A DNA stretch of 64,000 nucleotides from Octopus sinensis (lineage: Eukaryota): assembly GCF_006345805.1 (NCBI RefSeq), contig NC_043008.1, forward strand, positions 60,326,001 through 60,390,000, in the 5' to 3' direction. Below, one piece after another: positions 1-12,538 of this stretch. The position numbers and the translations under genes were made by a program. The notes under the pieces were generated by a model. The model ran no database searches. It saw nothing but the letters and a program-made list of their open reading frames with translations, and had not been told where the DNA came from. How positions within the stretch are numbered: the stretch's first letter is position 1; each line of letters opens with the position of its first letter.

Positions 1-13
1 ATTGTTAAGCACG

Positions 14-42
14 CCACTTACCACACAGCCACTCCTGCGACT
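14..42 (-). mobile_element. SINE family A, 5' head fragment
   Basis: Reverse complement matches the family A head ggcgcaggagtggctgtgtggtaagt seen at 18741. Confidence 0.6.
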
Positions 43-589
43 ATGTATATGTGTGTGTGTGTGTGTATACCTACATACATATGTGTGTGTGTTTGTATGT
101 ACAGTTGGATAGGCACATATACATATATGAATATACATGACTTACTAAATATATACAAATCTTTTCAATATCTTATGTAGCATAGTACGATATGAGGCAT
201 AGTCCGATAAAATGCGTCGTAAATCGGATCAACGATGTTTGCATTGAGGGAAATTAAAACTTCAAGACTAAAATTTAAGGCACCGAAGCTTGTAAAAGTA
301 TAGTCAGAAATGAAAGCGAAAATTATGGATGATTTTTTTCACGAGTGTTAGTCGTGCGTTAGCTAGTTGAGTAAAGTTTAAGAAATTTGTGTTTTATCTT
401 AATCTAGTTAATGTGGACTGTGATTATAGCACTTCTAGTTACAAAAGTATGTTTTTTTTTCGACTTTCTCGTCTTTCAAACGCAGTTTATGTCTGTCCTA
501 CGAATTATTATAATGTCATGGCGGAAAAAGAGACAAGTGGCGGCGTCTAACTGATAACAAATAGATCACTTAAGATTCTAAAAAGTGTA

Positions 590-659
590 TATCTATCTTT
601 CTATCTGTCTGTTTTTCTATCTGTCTGTCCGTCTATCTGTCTGTACGTCCGTCTGACTG

Positions 660-720
<61 letters not shown>

Positions 721-780
721 ATACTATCTATCTATCTATCTATCTGTCTATATACCTACCTATCTGTCTGTCTATCTATG
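590..780. repeat. (TATC)n/(TGTC)n microsatellite
   Basis: Direct tetranucleotide repeat. Confidence 0.95.
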
Positions 781-1261
781 TATGCATGTATGAACAAAAT
801 GCTTACAACCATTTTGTTCATATATGATTACCTGACTGAAATTTTACCTGATTATTTTGGATTATATATTGTGATGTAATGTTTTAAGACTGCAATAAAT
901 AAATAAATAAACTATCGAAACAGCTGCCGTAAGTTTTGGACGCTATTTGTGTTTACTTCTTATACCTGAGTCACACGAAAGATTCACCCAGGAGTCGGAT
1001 CTATGGTCCAAATCGGATTTGGTACTTACATATCTACAGTAGCCTACGAACAATTCGTGTATTCATTGTTCTTTACCTCAATGTGAATTCTTCTGTTATT
1101 GTAGATAGCCATTTTAAGCGCCCTGCGGGTCGATCTGCCGTGATTCTTATGAAATCATATATATATATATATATATATACATATATATATAGTCGACATG
1201 ATAGATCGTCAGCCACTACACACATTTTTTTGTCTCGTTGTTTCTCTCCTTGTTTTTTTCT

Positions 1262-1393
1262 GTGTTCCTTTCTGTAGAAGAGCGTAGCCTCGAAACGTAA
1301 AATACTTTTTCTATTCCTGGGCGTTAACCTAATACATCTGTTTGTTTTGTACACCACCTGTCTTCGTCTTTTGTTTTTTCGTAAACTCTCCCC
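1262..1393 (+). mobile_element. Dispersed repeat G (Penelope pLTR-like end with minimal hammerhead-like motif)
   Basis: gaagagcgtagcctcgaaacgtaaaa...ctaatacatctgtttg...tcttcgtcttttgtttt recurs at ~49940 (+), ~61281 (-) and partly at 61961. Confidence 0.6.
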
Positions 1394-1394
1394 A

Positions 1395-1807
1395 TAGGAG
1401 TGGATATGTGGTAAGTAGCTTGCTTACCAGCCACATGGTCCTGGGTTCAGTCCCACTGCGTGGCACTTTGGGCAAGGGTCTTCTACTATAGCCCCGAGCC
1501 GACCAAAGCCTTGTGAATAGATTTGGTAGATGGAAACAGGACGAAGCTCGTCGTATATGTGTAATATATATATATGTTTAGGTGTGTGTATATATGTTTG
1601 TGTCTGTCTGTCCACCCAGCATCACTTGACAACCGATGCTGGTGTGTTTACGTCACCGTAACTTAGCGGTTCGGCAAAAGAGATCGATAGAATAAGTACT
1701 TGGCTTACAAAGAATAAGCTCTGGGGTCTATTTAATCGACTTTAAAGGCAGTGCTCCGGCATGGCCGTAGTCAAATGACTGAAACAAGTAAAAGAGAAAA
1801 GAATAAA
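1395..1807 (+). mobile_element. SINE family A (tRNA head, CORE-like central segment), near full length
   Basis: A-box-like tggatatgtggtaag and B-box-like ggttcagtccc; ggcactttgggcaag resembles the CORE motif gaccttgggcaag; tail catggccgtagtcaaatgactgaaacaagtaaaag; colinear with 18741-19135. Confidence 0.9.
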
Positions 1808-1813
1808 GAGTAT

Positions 1814-1851
<38 letters not shown>

Positions 1852-2252
1852 TATATAATATATATATATATATCTCTACTACCAGAAAATCAATGTTTTT
1901 ATAGGTTTGTCTACATATATTAATACCTCCAGATGAACTCATAGAAACATATGTACCCACACAGATGTTTGCATACACATATACGTATACACACACCACA
2001 CATAGACACATATGTATACGTTACATACACAAATGTGCAGTAATAGTTGCCAGCTTTAAACCAGTTTAAGAAGTATATATGAATTGTACATAAATATGCT
2101 GCTGACAACAACGTCATGATATATCCATTAAATAAAGGCTAAAATAAACTATTTTAGATGAAAAGAAGTTTAAAATTTTAGGCAAAAGGGCGCAGGCTAG
2201 CGCTTTCTATCTGCAATGAAATTAAGGTAGAATACATGATTCATGCTTCGAG

Positions 2253-2356
2253 TGGAGGGACATGGCCTAGTGGTTAGTGCAGCGGACTCGCGGTCGAGGG
2301 ATCGCGGGTTCGAATCTCAGACCAGGCGATGTGTGTGTTTGTGAGCGAAACACCTA
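2253..2356 (+). mobile_element. SINE family C head (tRNA-like), truncated
   Basis: tggcctagtggtta (A box) and ggttcgaatctc (B box); homologous to the heads at 37187 and 63761. Confidence 0.8.
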
Positions 2357-2399
2357 TATATATATATATATAACTATATATATATATATAATATATAAA

Positions 2400-2735
2400 A
2401 GTACAAAATGGGACAAGAACGCAAAACATTCAAATAGACGATACGAAAAACGTACGGGTCATTCGAAGCCTCTAATCTTCAGTCGAGAACCGGATCATCC
2501 TCGCAATTTCGGCTGATTAATCTTGAGAATGCTCCGATCTGGCCAGCCCCAAGGAAAAATTAAGCTACGAGCATTAGATCTTTTGGAAAAGGATCGAATG
2601 TATACAGAAAGACGGACGACGCTACATGAATATAAATACTAAAAACAAAAAATAATACGAATATAAATACAAAAAGCAACAATACTAATAACAACAGGAC
2701 ATAACAACAGGCGTCTTTCGACTTTAGACAATATA
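2400..2735 (-). mobile_element. Probable Penelope-like pLTR/3' end fragment
   Basis: Non-coding block between TA tracts; minus strand has a GGCTG...CAGCC stem followed by GAAA and a CTGAAGA motif; its end resembles 26460-26492. Confidence 0.35.
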
Positions 2736-3789
2736 TACACAACGTGATTGTTTCATTTTCTGAATACCAAATATACTAACGCGTCTTTGGTTGGCCGGGC
2801 GCTTTGATAGAAGACATTTTTTTAAAGGTGCCACACATTGAGACTACCCGTAACAGATTGTCGTAGATGACATTTGTAAATTTATTCCATAACGGCTATC
2901 AAGGACTTAAACACTGATACAATAACAGTGACAGCAATAAACATAAACAATAATAATTACATATCTATTAGACATAAGATTATAGCTTCATTAATAAAAT
3001 GGCCACATATTTGAAGTTTGGTATTGTAAAACATGGTTTCTCTTGGAGAAAACGAATTTCAAATTTGATTCTGTTGTATCTCTAATGATATATAGACTAA
3101 CCCGGACTCAATTGCCGACAGCTCTTCATAAAGAGTAAAGGATTTAAATGATATAATAAATAGATAAAAATATAAATGAATAAATAGACCATTTCCTCAA
3201 TAGGACAGCCATGGACAAATGAATAACAAAATTAAAATGTCGTTTAACTTAATAAATGAGAAAATGGTGGTTTTTGTAACTGGTGGAAACTAGAATAGTA
3301 GGTGACAGAAGAAAAAATAATTATTACCAATGTTGGTAGAATGTTACAAACGTGGAAGGGACAAGGGTAAGAAGAGATGCAGGAAGAGAATTAGTTGAAT
3401 TAACCACTTACGTATATGATTGTTACTATTTCAATTATAGTCCTGGTGGAGTGATTATGAGCTGAAGTCAACATTGGAGGAATTTTAGTCTTAAAATGTC
3501 GGCTTCATATCGTATTTATATAATGCATTGCTAGTCTTCGAGTTCTTCTCCAAACCCCTCAGTTGCATCAATTATGCTTACCATATATATTTATACACAC
3601 ATACATTGTTTCCTAATGTGCTAGGGACAGGTAATATACCTTAGTAATATTAATTTATACCGGAATCAATATATCTATTGAAAACAATAAAAGTTGACAA
3701 CTTTTTAATCTTATATTTATTTTGTAAACAAATAATACAATATTACATAATGATTTTATAAGCATTTTATAATGTTGCTTTCTTTTTCT

Positions 3790-3872
3790 GGAAACATACC
3801 GGCAGCTCATGGCAGCTCATGGTCCACTGACCGGCACTGTTTAGCGGACCACCACTTTGAGTAGCGATCTAG
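3790..3872 (+). mobile_element. hAT/Charlie-like non-autonomous element terminus
   Basis: gcggaccaccactttgagtagc resembles the typical Charlie-type subterminal/TIR end (ggaccacactttgagtagcactg); partner end not found. Confidence 0.4.
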
Positions 3873-4050
3873 AGCGACTCGTATTTACGGAGCATACAGT
3901 AGATGCCTTATGAATAGCAGAAATAACAAAAACAGTAAAGGGCTGAATGTTAGTATTTTATTCATCTCAATCCATCGTAACTTATATGGTTGAATATATT
4001 TTACTTAATGTCCTTATCGTATAGGTCTGCTGGAATATTTTCCAGTTACT

Positions 4051-4251
4051 AAGGAAGCGAGCTGGCAGAAACGTTAGCACGCCGGGCAAAATGCTTAGCG
4101 ATATTTCGTCTGTCTTTACATTCTGAGTTCAAATTCTGCCGAGGTCGACTTTGCCTTTCATCCTTTCGGAGTCCATAAATTAAGTACCAGTTGCATACAG
4201 GATCGAGCTAATCGACTGTTCCCCTACCCAAAATGTGCCTAGAGTAGAAAA
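4051..4251 (+). mobile_element. SINE family B, B2 tail, full length with 16-bp TSD
   Basis: Head gagctggcagaaacgttagcac; core gccgaggtcgactttgcctttcatcctttcgg; TSD gaatattttccagtta at 4033-4048 and 4252-4267. Confidence 0.92.
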
Positions 4252-4279
4252 GAATATTTTCCAGTTAATTAGACTACCT

Positions 4280-4468
4280 CGGAAGGCGTTGGGATGACAA
4301 CATTGTTAAAGTAGAACACAACGCTGTCTGGTATTTCTTCCTATAACCTACGTTCTGAACTCAAATCCCGGTGCGGTTAAATTTCCTTCATCCTCTAGGT
4401 GTTGATGATATAAACTAAATCACCTCCCGATAAATTTGTTGACCTAGTTACTAAATTGGAAGTAATTT
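4280..4468 (+). mobile_element. Degenerate SINE B copy
   Basis: ggtatttcttcc...acgttctgaactcaaatcc...ttccttcatcctctaggtgttgat aligns loosely with family B. Confidence 0.55.
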
Positions 4469-5347
4469 AGAATATCTAGGTCACGTTATGGGCTCCAATT
4501 AAGCTAAGAACTCCAACGAAGTTATTGTCCCGGAACAATTCTATCTATTAACACGGAATGATTGAACATAGTATTACAAACGTTTATCAATTTTACAAGG
4601 TCAAGATGCGGCAGCTTCTGAGAGGTAGGTCGAAACCCGAATAATAACTGCCAATTCTCCTTTAAATCGCGCCCTACTGCATATGAAAGAAGGATCCGCA
4701 CTAAATGATGTATTCAACAAAGTTTCATGAAAATTTGGAGCAAATATCATGCCGGTGATAAAACACAAATTAGGAGCCTGGTATGAAATCTTAGATATAT
4801 TATTGGCATAAGTATGCTGCCATCTTGTCAGTTAATCTGGTCCATGACATATACCAAGTCTATCAGACCTACGACCAAAAATGTTCCGTTGTAAATATCT
4901 GATTATTGTGTTGTTTTATTTCTGCAAACACAATATATTTACAACATTACCAAAACGAGAACTTCCACTTTCTAAAAGACACACGAAGCTGAAGACGATT
5001 TTAGTTCTATTTTTAAACAGGCCGAGCTATAGGATGTAGAAAATCCCTTAATTGCACAAGTTGGCAGAGATTTTAAAGAATACACAACGTTTCCTTCAAC
5101 ATTTAACTAGTCTTTCACTTCTGTTTTCCCTCTTGCTTTACTGGCACACGACTTATGAAACAGTAAAAGCTGAACAGCACGAACTTCAATATATAATACC
5201 TTCTACCATGGGTCATGTATCACTTTTAAAAGGTTGAGTTTATCTTCTAAAGTGACGTCTTATCAGAAGGTGGATGGTAGATTATGAAGAAGAGATGTAC
5301 AGAATTAATGGAGCGATATATTATTTACGTTGGAGAGCAAAAACTAT

Positions 5348-5348
5348 G

Positions 5349-5404
<56 letters not shown>

Positions 5405-6398
5405 TGTGTGTGTGTCTGTATGTGTGTGTGTGTGTGCGATTGTGTATGTTTAAGCACATATGCACACACATACTATTTATCTATATATTTATGTATGCAT
5501 ATATATACATGTCTAAATACATTGTGTATATGTATATATATATATATATATATATAGTGTAACCATGTGTGGGTGTGTGGTGCTGTTGCTTGCATATAGA
5601 AAGACACCTCTGAGAAAGAAATATTTTTCTCAGAGGAGTTATCTAACGAAAGTTTGATAACAATATGCAAGAGTTTGTTCATTGTTTTATTTTTTCTTTA
5701 TTTCTTATATTGTTTTTATTTTATATAACTTTCTTTTGTTGTTGTTGTTTCTTTGTCTTCTTCTAAAGCTTTACTACTTTTACTAATTACGAGAATTGCG
5801 GAGGTTTGCACCCTGCCAGCCAGAAATCTTATACACTCTACATGAAATAGCTGTTTAAAGAATTCTCAATATCCCACATGGCAAGTCTAAAGAACAGAGA
5901 GAATGTGAGTAACAAACTGCACATCTTACACACACACACACACATACACACAAATACACAAGAACACACAAAGACACAAATACACGCACAGACACATACA
6001 CACACATTATACAAATGCACATATATGAGCACTCATGTATATAAATATGTACATATATATATATACATATAAATGCATATATATATACGTATAAATACAT
6101 ATAGATAGATAGATATATATAAACATACATATGTACAGATATATTTATATATATATACATAACATACATATAGATATATAAATACACACACATATATGTT
6201 TGTATATGTATATACATATACACGCGCTTATTTATATACACAAATTCAAGTTATATGTATTACACATATGTATGCATATATATATACATTTATATAGAAA
6301 TATATATCTACATATATATGCTTTTGTATGTGTATAAATGTAAATATATATAGATTACTACACGAACATGAATAAAATGATGTATGCAAATAACTATA

Positions 6399-6439
<41 letters not shown>

Positions 6440-6604
6440 TAATGTGGTGTGTGTGTGTGCGTCTGTAAGTATATATACACCTACACACACAATATATATG
6501 TGTGTGCATATATATACGTATATATATGTGTATATATATATGCATATAAATGTATCTATGTATATATATACATACACACACATACACCACATACACACAC
6601 ACAT

Positions 6605-6658
<54 letters not shown>
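5348..6658. repeat. Compound (TA)n/(TG)n/(CA)n microsatellite region
   Basis: Multiple dinucleotide tracts; source of the YIYI/CVCV ORFs. Confidence 0.9.
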
Positions 6659-6663
<5 letters not shown>

Positions 6664-7155
6664 GGGGAGGGGAAGTGGGGAGAAGGCGAGGAAGAGGGCG
6701 TAAGAAAGTAAACAAGTGAGGAAGAGAATAGGAGGCAAAGAGAACGAAACTGGTTCTGACTAGTTTTCCATTCCAATACCTACCTCTACTAGAGTTGCTG
6801 TTATCTTATCTATGTGAGAACCTATCAGCGGGGATGCTTCTGCTCGTGGCGAGATACGGTACGAAAAATAATAGTCGCCGTGCTGGCAGCGATGGCGTAT
6901 ACATATAGATATACATATACATACATATAGATATGAGTGTGTATGTGTGTGCGGTTGTGTGTGGTGTGTGTGCGGTTATATGTGTGTGTGTGGGTGGGCT
7001 ATATGATGCTGTAAGTGTTAGTTGTAGAGGAGGTGAAGGATGAGGCTTATGATTGTATTAGTTGTTAGACTCTTTGTTTAAGAGGAAAGTGAATATTTCA
7101 GAAAAAATACAGAGAGAGAGACAGGGAGAGATAGATAGATAGATAGATAGATAGG

Positions 7156-7186
<31 letters not shown>

Positions 7187-7272
7187 ACAGAGAGAGAGAA
7201 GTGCAAACAAGATCAAGTGAAAGAGAGAGAATTAGAGGGAAGGAGAAGCAGAAACGAGAAAAAATGGCGAGG

Positions 7273-7273
<1 letters not shown>

Positions 7274-7304
<31 letters not shown>

Positions 7305-7489
7305 AAAAGAAGAAGAAGAAGAAGAAGAGAAGAAGAAGAAGACGTGGAAGAAGAAGAAGAAGAAGACGTGGACGAAGAAGAAGAAGAAGAAGAAGAAGAA
7401 GAAGAAGGAGAAGAAGAAGAAGAAGAAGAAGAAGAAGAAGAAGAAGAAGAAGAAGAAAAAGAAGAAGAAGAAGAAGAAGAAGAAGAAGA
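7274..7489. repeat. (GAA)n trinucleotide tract within a polypurine run
   Basis: About 70 GAA units with few interruptions, preceded by (GA)n/(GATA)n. Confidence 0.95.
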
Positions 7490-7936
7490 TAATGGGCGGT
7501 CGGATAACCGTCTAGAATTACTGCTAGTGCTTCGTTTTTTCGGGGTAGGGAGAAGAGGCTGCAAGTGTTTAAAGAACAAAGTAAAAGATTACCTAACAGA
7601 AACAGTTAGATTTGAGCTAAACTAGCATGTGTACGCGTATATAATTACGTGTGTGTATGTGTACGCGTGTCTGTATCTGTGTGAGCACGCGTGTGTGGGT
7701 GTGTGTTGGTGCTCTGCGTAACTAGAAGTACATATGTATGTGTATGAGCGCTAACACCCATCAATTTTGCTGGCAATTTATACACTTCAGGTTTCAAACG
7801 TTGAATCTGGCGAGTTTGTTTAACGAATTCCCTTATCTTTGGTCTTATGGCGTAAAATCATGAAGAAACGTTGTATGGGCTTCTGAAACGTATTATATCA
7901 TGTTTTCGCGCACATCCACATATCTACATACACAAA

Positions 7937-7983
<47 letters not shown>

Positions 7984-8036
7984 ACACATATTTGTGGCCA
8001 TAATATAAGGATATAAGGGCCAGTAAGAACAAGTGT

Positions 8037-8301
8037 GTAGAGGCGCATGGCTTAGTGATTAGTGTGTCAGCACCATGATCGTAAGCACCATGGTTTCGAT
8101 TCCTGGACTGGGCGACGCATTGTGTTCTTGAGCAAACACTTCATTTCACGCTGCTTCAGTCCACTCAGCTGGCAAAAATGAGTAACGCTGAGATGGACTG
8201 GCATCCCATTACAGCTGGGGAACACATACACCATTGAAACCGGGAAACTGGGCCCATGAGCCTGGCTAGGCTTTAAAAGGGCGCATTTATTTATATTATT
8301 T
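8037..8301 (+). mobile_element. SINE with head D and tail Y, full length with 13-bp TSD
   Basis: tRNA-like head tggcttagtgatta...gtttcgattcct; tail ctggctaggctttaaaagggcgcattt; TSD taagaacaagtgt at 8024-8036 and 8302-8314. Confidence 0.92.
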
Positions 8302-8445
8302 TAAGAACAAGTGTATTTAAATACCTATTATAGAAGATTAACAATATGTTGAGACTAGATGTTTCACACATATTTAGATATATTTAATATCTATCGTTTG
8401 TGAAAATTTCAAGTTGATAGAATATATATTTCGTAAGTTATATAT

Positions 8446-9025
8446 CTTTCAAAAGTTAAGGGTCACTTAGAAAATAAATTAACCGAGTTATTTGTTGCTT
8501 AGAAGACTGTTAATGGGCTAACAGTTATGATGCTCTTACATCATTGGAACATTCGACTGTCAACATGGTGACTTGTGAGTGACGACCGTCGTCCTGTGAT
8601 AATAAACAAAGGAATGTGGGCCTTCCACAAGAGGCCATGTAACTTTCTGTGATAGCGAATAGTAATGTGCAACGAATTGTAGCCCGTTTTAAGTCATTAG
8701 GATCGACAGGCGCTAAACCCCAAACCGGTAGACCTCGTAAATCTTCACCAAGACACGATCGTATTATGGTTAGAATGTCACTGATTGATAGGTTTAAGCG
8801 TGCTGCTAAGATATCTCACGAGTTTAGCTCCACTTCCGATGTCAACGTATCGCGCAAAACAGTTTTTCGAAGGTTAGAAGGTTCTGTGTTGCTTGTTAGG
8901 GCACAGGCAAAGAAACCTCTGATCTCCAAGAAGAATCAAAGAGCCTGTCTTCGAATCACTCTCGAACATGTCGTTTGGACAAAAGAACAGTGGTCGCAGT
9001 TTCATTTTAGAGATGAATCGAAGTA
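8446..9025 (+). pseudogene. Tc1-family transposon remnant (N-terminal transposase, truncated at the first catalytic D)
   Basis: ORF 8649 contains GRPRK, VSRKTVFRRL, KKPLISKKNQRAC and W..EQW...F.DESK, hallmarks of Tc1 transposases; TIR-like ttcaaaagttaagggtcactt at ~8448; breaks into (CA)n after DESKY. Confidence 0.9.
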
Positions 9026-10532
9026 CACACACACAGACACACACACATATATAATTAAATTGACAGTTAAAATATTTTATAAAATTACGGATGGCGTTTC
9101 ATTGATGAATTATTTTACTGTCACTTTTGAGGTATCTTCCTAAGCAGCGCTGAGAAAATCAGAAAGTACAGAGTGAAACTAGGGTATTGACATCGTTGTT
9201 ATTTCAAGTGTTGATTGGTGAAATAGTTTTAAGGATGCATTGATGTTGTAAGTAGGTTGTTTCTGATCTGCTCCGATATTAAATATTAGTGTAAGCCGTT
9301 CAGTAAAACACGATATGATGAATTACTGATCATGGTATTTTGTTGCAAGTGTTGAAACTTCTTAATTAATAATGATTCTTTGACGAGAAACTTATCTGAA
9401 AAGACCGAAGGATGAAATTTGGTTTTGTATATATTTTAGTATATAGGTATTTAGCACTATATACATCAGGCGTGCAATTGTGGTATATAGTATATATATC
9501 TTTATTGGAATTAGCATGTGTTTTGTAGCAGCATTACTTGTTTTAACAGAACGTATATTATGACAGAACATGAATAATAAAATAGAATAACGCAGACAGA
9601 AATAAAATAGCAAAGAAAAGAGAAATGTAAGGTAATAACAGCTTTCTTATCTTGCAAACTTCTTTGAATAGTAAAGACCATCGCTGTTCAGTAAGTTTAC
9701 GTCTCACTATAGAAGAAACCGAACGCAATCAATATAACCTTGAAGAACCTTATGTTCTGATATGTGTTTAATCTCTCACTGATTCCAGCCATTGGACCGC
9801 AGATGTATTCGGGTACCGTCTTCAATGATTTCAGTATTCAGATTGTAAAGATTATTTCATATAAAAGAAAGCGAAGGTAATTAATATAATCATAATGAAT
9901 TTCTTACATTGATGTTGGTTAAATATCAATATTCTATATATACCGAATTGGCGTGTTTAACCTTTAGAGTTCAAAGTTAGAGACATACATAAGCACACAT
10001 CAAACATGGAAGCACATATGCAATATGTGCTAACAGACAAATGATCTGTGTGTATATGTGTATGTTTATGTGTGTGTATGTGTGTGCGTGTGTGTGTGAG
10101 AGAGAGAAAGAAAGAGAGATTTCAATACAGCTGAATATACAGAGTGAAGCGCGTTACTATGAGCTATCTTCCCGTAGGTGAAATAGCTGTAACCTGAGAG
10201 AGAAAGAAAGAGTTACTTTGAATTGTAAGCATGAACCTAGTTAATTCAAAGGGAACACTGATCATTGGTGCTCTTATTGTTTAGCCCCTGGTTGAAGCGA
10301 TTTATGATCAAATGTTCTCCACCCACGCAGCCCTTAGAAATATGACTATTCATCCCTATCCACAAGGGATAGTCTTCCTTGTTTCACATTATCCTGTATA
10401 TATTTTGTGTAAGACAGCAGAGTGTAGTTTCGGGGAAATTTGATTACTATTTCTAGCAGAAAAAACGACAAAGCGACTTTGACTCGTTAGATCATTGTAG
10501 CTATGTCAGAACTAAAGATAACAAGAAGCAAG

Positions 10533-10572
<40 letters not shown>

Positions 10573-12179
10573 AGACTGAGAGAGAGAGAAACAGAAGGAG
10601 AGAGAAAGAGTATGTGTGTATGTGTGTGTGTAAACTTTGCATCTAGCTTGCTATATCATAAATGACGGTCTTCTATGCTGACCAAAAAAATCAATAGAAT
10701 GTTTCTGGGAGAAATGATCTTAATGTAGTGTAGAAATATAGAACTTTGGAGAGCACATGTATCAATTCACGCTATAGTTTTAGCTGTATAAACAAAACCA
10801 ATCCGTCTGTATTCGAAATTCCATTATCCGATTCCTTAAAATAATTACCAAATCCTCCAGTTTACGTTGACATTTAAATCAAAATCAATTTTTATAACGG
10901 CAGGCTCTTGGAATTTGGGAAATTTATCGGAATTCGCCGAGAGCCTGTCTATATTTGCAACCATCGTCTCTCTGTATGTGTGTGTTCATGTCTGTGTGCG
11001 TATGTGTGTGTTCATGTTTGTGTGTGTGTGTGTGTTTGTGTGTATGTGTGTGTAGTTGTAGTGTTTAGTTACCTAACTTTAAGTGTGTGGGTTTAGAAAT
11101 TGATAGAATACTTGTTTAAAAGAGAGAGAGCGAAAGAAAGAGAGAGAAATAGAATCACCACGTTTGCATGTAAGGCCCATCTCACACATACATACATGTG
11201 AGAAGAGAAAAAGGAAAAAAAGGACGCCTGGTAAGAAGAGATAAGGAAAAAGATAATGGAAAGGTTAAATATATTTGTTTCTAGTATTAGTCTAATAATA
11301 TAGAACAGTAGAATATTTTATTTTGCACATCTAGACATTGCTACGATTGCTAAATATTTCAGCTTGCCGGCATGGAACATCAATTGATGGTTTGCAAAAT
11401 GTAAAGGTCGGTATATTTCTGGTTTAGTATCAAAAATCAAATCTTCCTTCTTTTCCCTTTTTTTTTTTAATAAATAACTATGTTGTCTTTGATGAAAATG
11501 GAAGAGGTGATATTAATGTCATTCTTTATAACATTTGTAGGTGCAAGAAAAAAAATAACATTAATAATAGTAATAATAATAATAAGGATAGCGATAATAA
11601 TATTCGAGTTTAGAACTTGCTGAAATGTCAAACACTCAGACGGCAGTTTGATATAGTGTCAATACTTTAAGTTGCTGTCTGAACGAGCGTGTAACGTGGA
11701 ACATAAATAACGGCATAAAACTTAAGACGAACAAATATAATTATACGCTGGTCTGTATGAGTCCACTTTCCTTTTGTTACAAAAACGGTGCATATGTATG
11801 TATCTAAATATATCTATAAACGTATATCTTCTTTTTACTTATTTGCATTCTTTATACAATGAAGTAGCTGGTTTCTAACACAGAAAGAAAAAACTCCAGC
11901 ATTGGAATTTGGATAGGAACTTTCTTAATATTCTTTCTTAAATATTCAACTTTTGGAAAGTTTCGCATATTTTTACTGTTCCACTTACAGTTTATATTTG
12001 TTACGTTCCTGTTAACCGGGCTTTTTATTTGCTTGAAAACCTTAGCTTTTCCAGATTATGACCTAGGTATTTATTAACGTGACTAAGTGCATCTATGATA
12101 TTCTCCTTCTTGATGGTTTTGGAAAAGATGTTTAATTCTGCAAGTCAACTAATCTGTATGCCTGTACAAGGTTTTCTAT

Positions 12180-12538
12180 CTCCAAAACGATTTTCTGTGG
12201 AAAATTAACATTTGGCTCTCGCTCCCGTGGTGGAACACAGAAGAGATACAAAGACACGCTCAAGACATTACCGAGCATCTTGCTCATGATCGCTTACTAT
12301 GGTGTAATCTTACGGATTCTGGACTACAATGCTCTGGGTCCGATATGACCAGATGAGCTGGAGAGGGGAGGGTTGCACGGGAAGCAAGAGTCATTGCTAG
12401 TCCTGCCTCTCCTATTACATGTTCCCAATGTAAATGTAGATTGCATGCCAAAATTCGCCTACTAAGTCCCTCAGGAACCACAAAGTGTAAAGCTAATAAC
12501 ATAGGCATCTTCAAATATATCAAGAACGAATCTAACGA
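12180..12538 (+). mobile_element. RTE-clade LINE, decayed 3' end
   Basis: Translates with frameshifts to KTIFCGKLTFGSRSRGGTQKRYKDTLK, EHLAHDRLLW and CSQCKCRLHAKIRLLS-LRNH, matching the RTE/BovB C-terminus and terminal C2H2-like motif. Confidence 0.8.

Noticed and set aside
5330-7625. Long ORFs rich in YI/CV/TH/K/E/S (also at 39.5-41 kb, 43.6 kb, 58 kb, 63 kb)
   Set aside because: Translations of stop-free microsatellites, not genes.
10275-10480. An older dispersed repeat family (similar bits at ~4850, 38270, 41150, 55700)
   Set aside because: The similarity is suggestive but too decayed to give boundaries or a class.
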